DNA of 64,000 nt from Ferruginibacter sp. (GTDB lineage: Bacteria > Bacteroidota > Bacteroidia > Chitinophagales > Chitinophagaceae): positions 1,169,458 to 1,233,457 of the forward strand of contig OZ252000.1 in NCBI GenBank assembly GCA_965247025.1, read 5' to 3'. The notes below the pieces were generated by a model that made no database searches, was not told the origin of the DNA, and saw nothing but the letters and a program-made list of their open reading frames with translations. How positions within the stretch are numbered: the first letter of the stretch is position 1; the number at the start of each line of letters is the position of its first letter. The translations under genes were made by a program, and so were the position numbers. Positions 11,262 to 19,872 of this stretch are shown one piece after another.

Positions 11262-12065
11262 ATGAAACGACGTTCATTTGTTAAAGCAGGTTTATTAACA
11301 GGTTCGCTCAGCACCCTTGCAGCTGCTGCAACCACGGCTGCACAAACTGCTGCCACGGAAAAAACGCCGCAACAGGAATTTTATGAACTACGGGTATATA
11401 CGCTGAAAAATGCAGCCCAGCAGCAACTGGTGGAAGATTATTTTAAAAATGCAGCCATCCCTGCCCTAAACAAAATCGGGAGTCGCAACATTGGCATTTT
11501 TACGGAGTTGAAGCCAGCAGGGCAAACCAAATTATATGCACTTATTCCATTTAAATCGGTGCAGGATTTTTTAGCTGCAGAAGGTAAACTGGCAAATGAT
11601 AAAGCATACAATAAAGCTGCACTCCCCTACCTGGATGCACCAGCTGCTGAGCCCGCTTATGAAAGAATTGAAAGCTCTTTATTACATGCTTTTGCACATA
11701 TGCCGATAATGAATGTACCGGCAAAAAAAGCCAGGATATTTGAGTTAAGACGCTACGAAAGTGCCAGCGAAAACGCAGGTAAAAAGAAGATGAACATGTT
11801 TAACAACCTTGGCGAGATTGATATTTTCAGGAGAACCGGGTTAACCCCCGTATTTTTTGGGGAAACCGTTATTGGAGCGTTAAGACCCAATTTAACGTAC
11901 ATGCTAACTTTTGATGATATGGATGAACACGATCGTAACTGGAAATTATTTGGCAGTGATCCGGAATGGAAAAAGATTAGCAGCATACCTGAGTATGCCG
12001 ATGCTAAAATTGTGTCAGGAATAACGGCTGAATTTCTATCACCAACAGCATTTTCCCAAATTTAA
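11262..12065 (+). CDS. NIPSNAP family protein with Tat-type signal peptide
   Basis: It opens MKRRSFVKAGLLTGSLSTLAAAA (twin-arginine), then has two NIPSNAP-like halves (FYELRVYTLK..., IFELRRYES...). Confidence 0.75.
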   Translation: MKRRSFVKAGLLTGSLSTLAAAATTAAQTAATEKTPQQEFYELRVYTLKNAAQQQLVEDYFKNAAIPALNKIGSRNIGIFTELKPAGQTKLYALIPFKSVQDFLAAEGKLANDKAYNKAALPYLDAPAAEPAYERIESSLLHAFAHMPIMNVPAKKARIFELRRYESASENAGKKKMNMFNNLGEIDIFRRTGLTPVFFGETVIGALRPNLTYMLTFDDMDEHDRNWKLFGSDPEWKKISSIPEYADAKIVSGITAEFLSPTAFSQI

Positions 12066-12108
12066 ATGGTTTACCGAGCGCCATGCTATACCCTCTCCCC
12101 TGTATTAG

Positions 12109-12248
12109 CGGCACCGTCTCCCAGCGTTCTGTGAGCATGGCCAGAGGATGCTGCGTTTTTAACGGGATGGTGCTATCATTCCGCTCCGTAGTACACAATG
12201 TCCCTGGTTAAGGCACCGGTCCGGTCGGCTTTTCCTGAGCAGGAAGTA
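12109..12248. repeat. family-A repeat (diverged)
   Basis: CGGCACCGTCTCCCAGCGTTCTGTGAGCATGG ... CGTAGTACACAATGTCCCTGGTTAAGGCACCGG... Confidence 0.5.
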
Positions 12249-12309
12249 ACACCGATCGCAAACTACCCGGCCAGTAATTTTATCTATGCATTTCTATTTG
12301 CAAAAGATA

Positions 12310-13272
12310 TTAATTTTTCTGCCAACCCATGAATATCTCCATTGTATTGGCAGGTGTTAACGTATTTAATAAGGCAATAAATTCTTCCGGGGTTTTATTT
12401 TTCCATTCAGCCATTGGGAGCGGAGCCATACTTAGCCCAAAAATAGCCCAGGCAGGTAAGTCGTTATCCCGTTCAATAATAAAAGCATTTTTAAGATTTT
12501 CAACAGTTGATTTTTCAATCCCTGTTTCTTTACTTAAAAAAGAAATTTGAAAATTATTATCATCTTCTTTCAAAGAAGCAAAACTTGTTTCGCCAGTAAA
12601 TGGTTGCAGGGCAGCAACAGCGTTTTCAAATTCGGTTAATTTAATTTCATCCGGCACAATGCGAACTATTGTTTCATTGCTAATATTCAGCAATACAAAA
12701 GGCGCTTTTGCTGAATCTGCCAGGCGTTCTGCAACGATCTCTGCTCCATCAGTAATTATAAAAATATGCACAATTGGCAGCTCCAGACCTTGCGGTGATA
12801 TTATTTTAAACTTGATATCCGGGTTGCTGTTGCCGTCCTTTTTCCGGCTTTGTTCACTGTACAAAAACCCAAACTCAAAACTGCCATCTGTATTGGTAGT
12901 TGCTTTGCCCAGGGCTGTTTGAGCATCAAGATTATATTCATCAAATAAAATGGTATGCGCTGCCATGCCTTGTTGGTGGCTGTTCGTTAATTTTCCTTTT
13001 ATACTAAACCAATTCCTTATAAAATCATTGATGAGTTTGGCCATTAATTTGTCCACTAAAAGGCTTCTATCATAATTATCAGGAAATTTTTCCTGTATTA
13101 ATTCAATAGCATCACGGGTGGCATCCAATGCTGTTTGGCCGGCAAGTTCGGCAGCCGGTATTTTAAAATCCACAACCCCAATAGAAGGCATCATAATTGA
13201 CAATGCTGTTTGCAGGTTGGCGACGTTGGCCGAAATTTCCTGAAATTGTACAGGACTGGTAATGATTTGCAT
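12310..13272 (-). CDS. hypothetical protein
   Basis: 320-aa ORF. The central segment IKGKLTN...GKATTNTDGSFEFGF resembles a carboxypeptidase-regulatory/transthyretin-like beta sandwich. It is otherwise unrecognised. Confidence 0.55.
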   Translation of the reverse strand: MQIITSPVQFQEISANVANLQTALSIMMPSIGVVDFKIPAAELAGQTALDATRDAIELIQEKFPDNYDRSLLVDKLMAKLINDFIRNWFSIKGKLTNSHQQGMAAHTILFDEYNLDAQTALGKATTNTDGSFEFGFLYSEQSRKKDGNSNPDIKFKIISPQGLELPIVHIFIITDGAEIVAERLADSAKAPFVLLNISNETIVRIVPDEIKLTEFENAVAALQPFTGETSFASLKEDDNNFQISFLSKETGIEKSTVENLKNAFIIERDNDLPAWAIFGLSMAPLPMAEWKNKTPEEFIALLNTLTPANTMEIFMGWQKN

Positions 13273-13556
13273 AGTGCCAATATTTTATAAATACTTCTTG
13301 TTGGTAACAGCATTAAGCCAATGGGTTATAAGCAGTTTATTTTAACGCCGTATTTTTTGTTAATGATTAAAGCTTTCAAATGGCCACCATTGGCAGTTAA
13401 AATAAATAAAGATCAAATGTCAGCATTTTTATTAGTTATCCTCCTAAAATCCTTGACCGGAAGACAGGTACACCAGATAGTTACATTACCGGCAAAAAAG
13501 TTGATTGTACATTTATTATTGACGGATGTAAATAAGGGTTTAACACTAACAGTTAA

Positions 13557-13793
13557 ATGATGGATGTAAAAAAGCATTTAATAGCGTTGGGTAAAAATAT
13601 TCAAGCTGCAAGGGAGGCAAAAATGTTTCAACTGCCTTACATGGCTCACTTATGTGGTATTTCTGAAGAAGAGTTAGCTGAAATAGAAACTGGTGAAAGA
13701 GATAGTGATATCCTAACTATTATGCATATTGCTGATACACTTGATATTGATGCAGGACAATTGTTCGACATACCATGGAGTAAAAAAACGTAA
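13557..13793 (+). CDS. XRE-family helix-turn-helix transcriptional regulator
   Basis: 78 aa. HTH_3-like segment LGKNIQAAREAKMFQLPYMAHLCGISEEELAEIETGERD. Confidence 0.8.
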   Translation: MMDVKKHLIALGKNIQAAREAKMFQLPYMAHLCGISEEELAEIETGERDSDILTIMHIADTLDIDAGQLFDIPWSKKT

Positions 13794-13823
13794 ATAGTAT
13801 ACTATGGACTGTACATCCTGGTT

Positions 13824-13962
13824 CCAGCAACGTCTCTCAATGAGCTTTTAGCTTGGTTTGAGGACGTTGCGTTTTTTAACAGGATGTTGTTGTCTTACTG
13901 CTACGTAGTAAGCAACGTCCCTGGCTAAAGCACAAGCTTGGAAGGAGACGATGCTGGGAAGG
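13824..13962. repeat. family-A repeat
   Basis: CCAGCAACGTCTCTCAATGAGCTT ... AAGCTTGGAAGGAGACGATGCTGGGAAGG, with termini that are reverse complements over ~25 nt. Confidence 0.7.
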
Positions 13963-14115
13963 ATACATTAGGACAAGTTGCCCGGTAACAATAATTGAGT
14001 GAGGCGAAATGTACAAAATGATAATCTGAATATCAGCCTTAATTACTTAAATTTAATCTGCAAAAATTTGAAAATGTCGCACCCTTTCAAATTGTACACT
14101 TTAAACAAATTTTTT

Positions 14116-15282
14116 ATGAAATATTTTTTCTCAATTGTGTTGATGAATGTTATTGTATCAGCAAATTCACAGGCATTGTTAAATGACACGGCCTATGTAA
14201 AACTAGATCCTGCAAGCATTTTTCAAATAGTTAGTGCAACAAATTTTACAGCCACCGGCCAATGTAGTGTTAATACATCTGTCACCAATGTGCCAAATAC
14301 ACCTGCAGGGCGTTTATCTTCCATTTACGATACAATAACTTATAATAATGACGGTACTGTATCTCAAAGTGTTGAAAAGTTTTCTTATTCTAATCCGGCA
14401 AGCTATGTTAACGCCAGCAGGCAAAGCTTTACCTACTACAATGCAACCAAAAAGTTTTCTTCTCACTTAATTCAGTCGTGGATTAACAGCACCTGGCAGG
14501 ACTCAATTTTAATAAGTAACCTCTATGATTCCAAAGATTCTTTAACTTCTACCACCACTCAGAATTGGGATAAAGTAACTAATCATTGGGTAAACAAAAG
14601 TCAAACGCTGTTTACAAATGATGGAAATGGATACCACATAGAAGAACTTGCGCAGATTTGGGATACGTTGACAAATAACTGGGTTAATAAAACCAAACAT
14701 ATCTACACTAACAACAGCAAGGGTAAACCGGTTATCAATCAAATACAAAGTTTTAAAAACAATATTTTTGTCATAGCTCAGCAGGTACTGTCTAGCTATG
14801 ATGTTTCTGATACATTAAGATTGTCCAGTCTTACGCAGGCTTATCTGAGCCCAGGCCAATGGCTGAATGCTGGCCGGGACACAATTATTTATAATTCAAG
14901 TGGGCAACCACTAAAAATGATATCCGAAATTTTTTTGCAGCAATGGGTAACCACACAGATAACTACATACAGCTATAACAGCGACGGGACAATCAGAGAT
15001 CAACTTACGGAGTTAGTACTCTACACATATGTTGCAACTAAAAATGTCTATCAATGGACGGCTTGCAATAGTTCAAATAATGGAACATACATCACGATCA
15101 GTAACGGAGATTGGAATAATCCGGCTACATGGCAGGGCGGAATAGTTCCTCCTGCTACCGCCGCCGTAGTAATCAAAAATAGCGTAGCTTTAACAAGCGA
15201 CATTACGTGCAAAACAATCACTGTAAAATCCCCTGGCTCTCTTGATATACACAGCGGCATCAAACTAAGGGTAACTAATTAA
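14116..15282 (+). CDS. secreted hypothetical protein with shared C-terminal GxW...W..G.VP module
   Basis: The signal peptide MKYFFSIVLMNVIVSANSQA starts at the ATG at 14116. The protein is Asn/Thr/Ser-rich with repeated W(V/I)N motifs. The C-terminus is NGDWNNPATWQGGIVPPATAAVVIKNSV...CKTITVKSPGSLDIHSGIKLRVTN. Confidence 0.7.
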   Translation: MKYFFSIVLMNVIVSANSQALLNDTAYVKLDPASIFQIVSATNFTATGQCSVNTSVTNVPNTPAGRLSSIYDTITYNNDGTVSQSVEKFSYSNPASYVNASRQSFTYYNATKKFSSHLIQSWINSTWQDSILISNLYDSKDSLTSTTTQNWDKVTNHWVNKSQTLFTNDGNGYHIEELAQIWDTLTNNWVNKTKHIYTNNSKGKPVINQIQSFKNNIFVIAQQVLSSYDVSDTLRLSSLTQAYLSPGQWLNAGRDTIIYNSSGQPLKMISEIFLQQWVTTQITTYSYNSDGTIRDQLTELVLYTYVATKNVYQWTACNSSNNGTYITISNGDWNNPATWQGGIVPPATAAVVIKNSVALTSDITCKTITVKSPGSLDIHSGIKLRVTN

Positions 15283-15324
15283 ATTCTTATTTCACGGCTG
15301 CGTCGCTTAGCAAGGGTTTCTGTG

Positions 15325-15420
15325 ACATCTTAACTATCATGCACATTGCAGATATTCCTGACATTGATGCAAGGCAATTGTTTGAGATGCCATAGCGTAA
15401 AAAAAAGTAAATAGAATAAC
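15325..15420 (+). pseudogene. relic copy of the 3' end of the XRE gene
   Basis: It aligns with 13709-13805. It translates as DILTIMHIADIPDIDARQLFEMP*, against DILTIMHIADTLDIDAGQLFDIPWSKKT* in the intact gene. No 5' part is present. Confidence 0.55.
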
Positions 15421-15444
15421 GATTAGCATCATATCTCAAAATAC

Positions 15445-15590
15445 AGCACCTTCTGCGCCTGCTCCAGCAAAGCTGAGTGGTTTGCAAACATCAACTGCAT
15501 GACGTATGCGGCAGGCCATCTACCATCTTTTATCAACATTGAAAAGAAGTATCTACCTTTTTCATTCGTGACACACCGATGGTGGGAAAG
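15445..15590. repeat. family-B repeat
   Basis: Second full copy of the 9650-9797 element. The hairpin arms co-vary: CTCCAGC...GCTGAG here versus CTCCGC...GCGGAG there. Confidence 0.65.
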
Positions 15591-15886
15591 AGAGTTTATT
15601 TATTAACTATTATATTATAAAATAAGATTTGAAGAATAAACATATATCTTTAAACACGTTGATCAATATCTTACTTGTAAATTCCACGACATTTTTTTTG
15701 TATTTGTAGTTATTGGCTTTCTTTTCCAGAATTGAAAGCCTAATCTCATTATCCTATTTATAATAATACAGTAAAATATGCTGATACAGAAAATTTCAGT
15801 CACAGGCTGCTTAGTTCTTGCCGACTATTGAACTTCTGTTTCCAAAAAACAAACAACATAAGGCTAATACTAAAAATTACACTTAT

Positions 15887-18800
15887 ATGGTCAGGAACCT
15901 GCTTACTACGGTTATGATTTTCATCTGTTCTATTGCATTTTCGCAAGTTAACTATCCATGCGGAGTTTATTTTAGTTCTACTTACAACAATGCATTGTAT
16001 GGCGCATGGACCAAGTGCTATCCAACCGGAGATTTTACAATGGCCGCCTGGATACAATTAAGAGACAGCGTATGGGCAGGCAAAGAAATGGATATTTTTC
16101 AACGGGAGGATTTTGATTTCACGAGTACCGACCGGCTCAACCTTTATCTCGCTGTTGACGGGCAATTGAAATTCCGTACAAATGTAAACCGCAATGGTGG
16201 ATCTGTTTTGGATAGTGTAAGTTCAGGTGTTAAACCTGATCCTTTTAAATGGTACCATGTGGCTGTGTCATTTACTGCTACCGGAGAATGCACCCTGTTT
16301 GTAAATGGAAATGCATCGGGCGGCAAAAGTTTTGGCGGCCCCAGAAGTATTGCCTATCCATACAACGACTTTTTGACCATTGGAGGACGTTTTAACCCAG
16401 CTACTTTTGGATATGACATCAAAACTTACAGGGGATATATGGATGAGGTGGCCTTTGCTTCTAAAGCGTTTAACGAGTCCCAGATCAGAATACTTGCAAA
16501 TGGCCTTCAAAAAGGAGATGCTTTTTTAGCCACCAACCAAGTGGTTGCATATGATAAGGAAGATACTTATCCAGGTGTGGTAAATTCGGGTATTGGCACT
16601 GGGCAGGTTGGGCTTGTCGGGCAACTACGTTTTTGCCCCGATCCTCCGGTAACAGTTGTTGACCCGAATCCTTCAATTGTAGGAAATGATGGTCTCTTAG
16701 ATCCTACTTTAGCAGGACTGGATTTTAACAAATTTATGAAAGGAGCAGCAACTGACGGCATCACAAAACTATTAATTGTTAAGGCTGTAAAAAACAATAA
16801 CCCTATTACATTTTCAGGCCCTGGATTGAAAGATGGAACTTTTAGTAGCCTTATAAATCAAAATAGCAAACTTAATTCCATAGTAATCACACCAATTGAT
16901 GTGCCTGGAAAAGGAAAATATGCTATCGCTATATACAATGCTCCGGATGGTTACGGAAGCAACTGGCCATCTTTTGCAGCCAGCAGCCGGGATGTAACAA
17001 TAACAGTTACTAATTCTGAAAGTATTGTAATAAAGCTTGTTAGCCCCCCCGTCATTATGGTACATGGTATGTGGTCAAATCCAGATGTCTGGCAAGAAGG
17101 TAAAAGCGTCTATGGCGTTGGTGCATACAATACAAGTTTTGCATACTTCTTAAGAAATTATAATAACAGTAAATTCAATCTTTTTTTTGCTGATTATAAA
17201 GCCGATAATTTCAGGACATTTGACCCTCTTGATCCGGAGAGCCGACCTGGCAGACTTGCAGTAAAGAAAGCTATTGATGAAGGCTTCCTATATTACAAAA
17301 ATATGCTGGGAATTGCAGTATCTCAGGCAGATATCATAGGTCACAGCCTTGGGGGATTACTTACACGAAGTTTTGCAGCAGATAAATTAGACGGCATTAA
17401 ATATTTTGAAAAAGAAAACTACAATAAGGGATATGTTCACAAACTTATTACCCTGGGCACACCACATAAAGGAAGCCCAATGGGTGGCTTTTTAATCAAA
17501 TATTCAAAGCAGTGGGCTAAATTGTCTGAGCAAACAGTTTTAAAAATCAATACGCTACAAAATCTTTTAGACTGGACACATCATCCAATCGGCTCGTGTC
17601 ACTCTGGCTTTGACTATACAACAAATAAAACTCCCTATATAAATTTGGGAACAACACCACCATTTAAAACTTTTGCAATTGCAGGTAATCATCTTGCAGA
17701 CATGAGCAATAGTATTAGTGGTGCAGGCGGTGAGTTATCGCTAAACGTGGGTCTAAAGTTTATTAGTGGAGGCTCCGAAGATTTAAATACTATTTTTAAA
17801 CCTTTGTTGCCATGCGTGCCTAACAACATTCCGGTAGCCAACGATTTGATTGTAACAGTAAATAGCCAGAAAGGTAATGGAAGTAAGTGGCAGCTTTTGG
17901 GTGGAACGGGACATTCAGGTCCTGCCTTTAATACAGAAACCAATAGTATAAATATCTTCACGAAAGTGTATGACCTTTTGCTATCAGACAATCCAGATGA
18001 CTTTGGCACAGGCTTTCCATCTCCTCTTGAAATTACCGAGGATTGCTTAAATGGCAGACCAGCAATGACAAATCCGGCCGATGCTCTGGTTGCTCCAAAG
18101 GCAGCTCTGATTGAGGACATACAAAACAGTGGATATATAAAAATATCTTCACCAGTAAATGGGTATAAGGTTAGATACGGTATCGATAGCACGATTCAGC
18201 TTGGGTTTACAGAAGAAAATGGAGCAAAACCCCAGTCTGGTTTTTTTATGATTCAGGGTATAAATGACTGGATTCCTGTACCGGAAGTTGCTCCTTTTAC
18301 GATAACTTATAAAATGCCCTCCTCAACAGGCATAGGTTTTTTAAATATAGCCGCATTTTCCCTAGACAGTTCGGGGTTGCGAATGGCAGATACTGCACAT
18401 ATTGAGGTGCTGCCACCAGAAATAATTGACAGCCTGATTGCTTCACCTGCTTCAATAAATTTAGATTCAATTAAAAGGGAGGCAAATATATCGATGAAGG
18501 TATATTACCAAACAGGGGCAGATACAATTTTGGCTAATCTGAATAGCTTGGCAAGCGGTATTAAGTATAGCTCAGGCAAACATGAATCAGTTTTTAAAGT
18601 TAACGCTGGTGGATCAATTGTGGCTATAAGTGCTGGTGTTGACACACTTACAATTGAGTACAATGGTAAAAAGTGTTTTGTAGCAGTAATTGTGGATTCT
18701 AATTTTATCGGCAGGTCTTTTAAACCTGATAGCATTTCTTTTACTCAGGAAGATAAATTAATTAATGATCTCCCATTTGCTCTTAATGCCTCTGCATCTT

Positions 18801-19687
18801 ACAGCCTTCCGATAACTTATCAATTGCTAAGTGGCCCGGTAACTCTTAGTGGTGATATCGTTTCTATTATTGATACAGGACTTGTGCAGATTAGGGCAAG
18901 TTGCACCGGAAACAGCTATTACAAAGCTGCCATTCCTGTTACAATTTCATTCAGAATTAACCGTATTGCCCAGTATAAGTTTGTTGGCAATGGTTCATGG
19001 CAAAATGCTGCCAACTGGGTAGACAACAAGGTGCCTCCTGTTTTATTACCTAAAGGTTCTGAAATTGTTATTAATCCAGCCACCAATGCAGAGTGTGTAC
19101 TTGATATAGCGCAAACTATATCCAAGGATGCAAAATTCACAGTTAATACTAATGCAAAACTCAGAGTAACCGGTGACCTTAAAATCGTAAAGCATGGACT
19201 TGGCGAACTCTATCAGGGAGGCATCATTTTTTATATGGACAGCAACGGCCACGGTCTTATATGTTCACCGGCTGATATTGGTGCATACCCGTGGGACCTG
19301 ACTATATTTGATCCGCAAAACTATCAAAACTATAACCCGCCACTTGTTGGCGCTTCGGCTACTGCAATAGGTAATGGTTATGCAAATACTGTTAGTACGG
19401 TCTCTAAGTTAGGTGCAGGAAATTATGCGGCGGCTAAATGCAGATCATACAATGGCGGAGGCTTTGCTGATTGGTACCTCCCCTCCAAAGATGAGTTGAA
19501 TTTGATGTACAATAATCTAAAAATTACAGGGATGGTTTCTTTTTCATCTTCCAACAATTACTTCTACTGGAGTTCCAGTGAAATAGATAACAAAAATGTA
19601 TGGATACAAAAATTTGATGATGGCGCACAACAAAATTTTAACTGGAAAAATAACGTCGTTTACGTCCGGGCAATACGGGCATTTTAA
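15887..19687 (+). CDS. multidomain secreted protein: LamG-like lectin, alpha/beta-hydrolase (lipase), Ig-like repeats, GxW module, C-terminal DUF1566
   Basis: - Signal peptide MVRNLLTTVMIFICSIAFSQ starts at the ATG at 15887.
- LamG pattern: FTMAAWIQL...WYHVAVSF...LFVNGN...YRGYMDEVAF.
- Lipase box VIMVHGMWSNPDVW, IIGHSLGGLLTR (GHSLGG) and LGTPHKGSP.
- C-terminal DUF1566/Lcl-type motif GGIIFYMD...GLICSP...ADWYLPSKDELNLMY...YWSSSE. Confidence 0.85.
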   Translation: MVRNLLTTVMIFICSIAFSQVNYPCGVYFSSTYNNALYGAWTKCYPTGDFTMAAWIQLRDSVWAGKEMDIFQREDFDFTSTDRLNLYLAVDGQLKFRTNVNRNGGSVLDSVSSGVKPDPFKWYHVAVSFTATGECTLFVNGNASGGKSFGGPRSIAYPYNDFLTIGGRFNPATFGYDIKTYRGYMDEVAFASKAFNESQIRILANGLQKGDAFLATNQVVAYDKEDTYPGVVNSGIGTGQVGLVGQLRFCPDPPVTVVDPNPSIVGNDGLLDPTLAGLDFNKFMKGAATDGITKLLIVKAVKNNNPITFSGPGLKDGTFSSLINQNSKLNSIVITPIDVPGKGKYAIAIYNAPDGYGSNWPSFAASSRDVTITVTNSESIVIKLVSPPVIMVHGMWSNPDVWQEGKSVYGVGAYNTSFAYFLRNYNNSKFNLFFADYKADNFRTFDPLDPESRPGRLAVKKAIDEGFLYYKNMLGIAVSQADIIGHSLGGLLTRSFAADKLDGIKYFEKENYNKGYVHKLITLGTPHKGSPMGGFLIKYSKQWAKLSEQTVLKINTLQNLLDWTHHPIGSCHSGFDYTTNKTPYINLGTTPPFKTFAIAGNHLADMSNSISGAGGELSLNVGLKFISGGSEDLNTIFKPLLPCVPNNIPVANDLIVTVNSQKGNGSKWQLLGGTGHSGPAFNTETNSINIFTKVYDLLLSDNPDDFGTGFPSPLEITEDCLNGRPAMTNPADALVAPKAALIEDIQNSGYIKISSPVNGYKVRYGIDSTIQLGFTEENGAKPQSGFFMIQGINDWIPVPEVAPFTITYKMPSSTGIGFLNIAAFSLDSSGLRMADTAHIEVLPPEIIDSLIASPASINLDSIKREANISMKVYYQTGADTILANLNSLASGIKYSSGKHESVFKVNAGGSIVAISAGVDTLTIEYNGKKCFVAVIVDSNFIGRSFKPDSISFTQEDKLINDLPFALNASASYSLPITYQLLSGPVTLSGDIVSIIDTGLVQIRASCTGNSYYKAAIPVTISFRINRIAQYKFVGNGSWQNAANWVDNKVPPVLLPKGSEIVINPATNAECVLDIAQTISKDAKFTVNTNAKLRVTGDLKIVKHGLGELYQGGIIFYMDSNGHGLICSPADIGAYPWDLTIFDPQNYQNYNPPLVGASATAIGNGYANTVSTVSKLGAGNYAAAKCRSYNGGGFADWYLPSKDELNLMYNNLKITGMVSFSSSNNYFYWSSSEIDNKNVWIQKFDDGAQQNFNWKNNVVYVRAIRAF

Positions 19688-19764
19688 TGAATCAACCTTA
19701 ACAGGCATTAAACAGAACAACTTACATAGAATTTTGTAAATACAATTTTGGTTGATAGGGATAA

Positions 19765-19829
19765 CGCTTCATAATACGCAAAGATACCTTGCAATGCACC
19801 GGCTTGGCAGGTGACGTTGCGGGGTAGAG
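19765..19829. repeat. family-A repeat, 3' half
   Basis: CGCTTCATAATACGCAAAGATACC...GGCTTGGCAGGTGACGTTGCGGGGTAGAG. Confidence 0.5.
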
Positions 19830-19872
19830 TCCTTGCGCTAAGTTCAAATTTTGTCATAAAAATACTGTTGAA

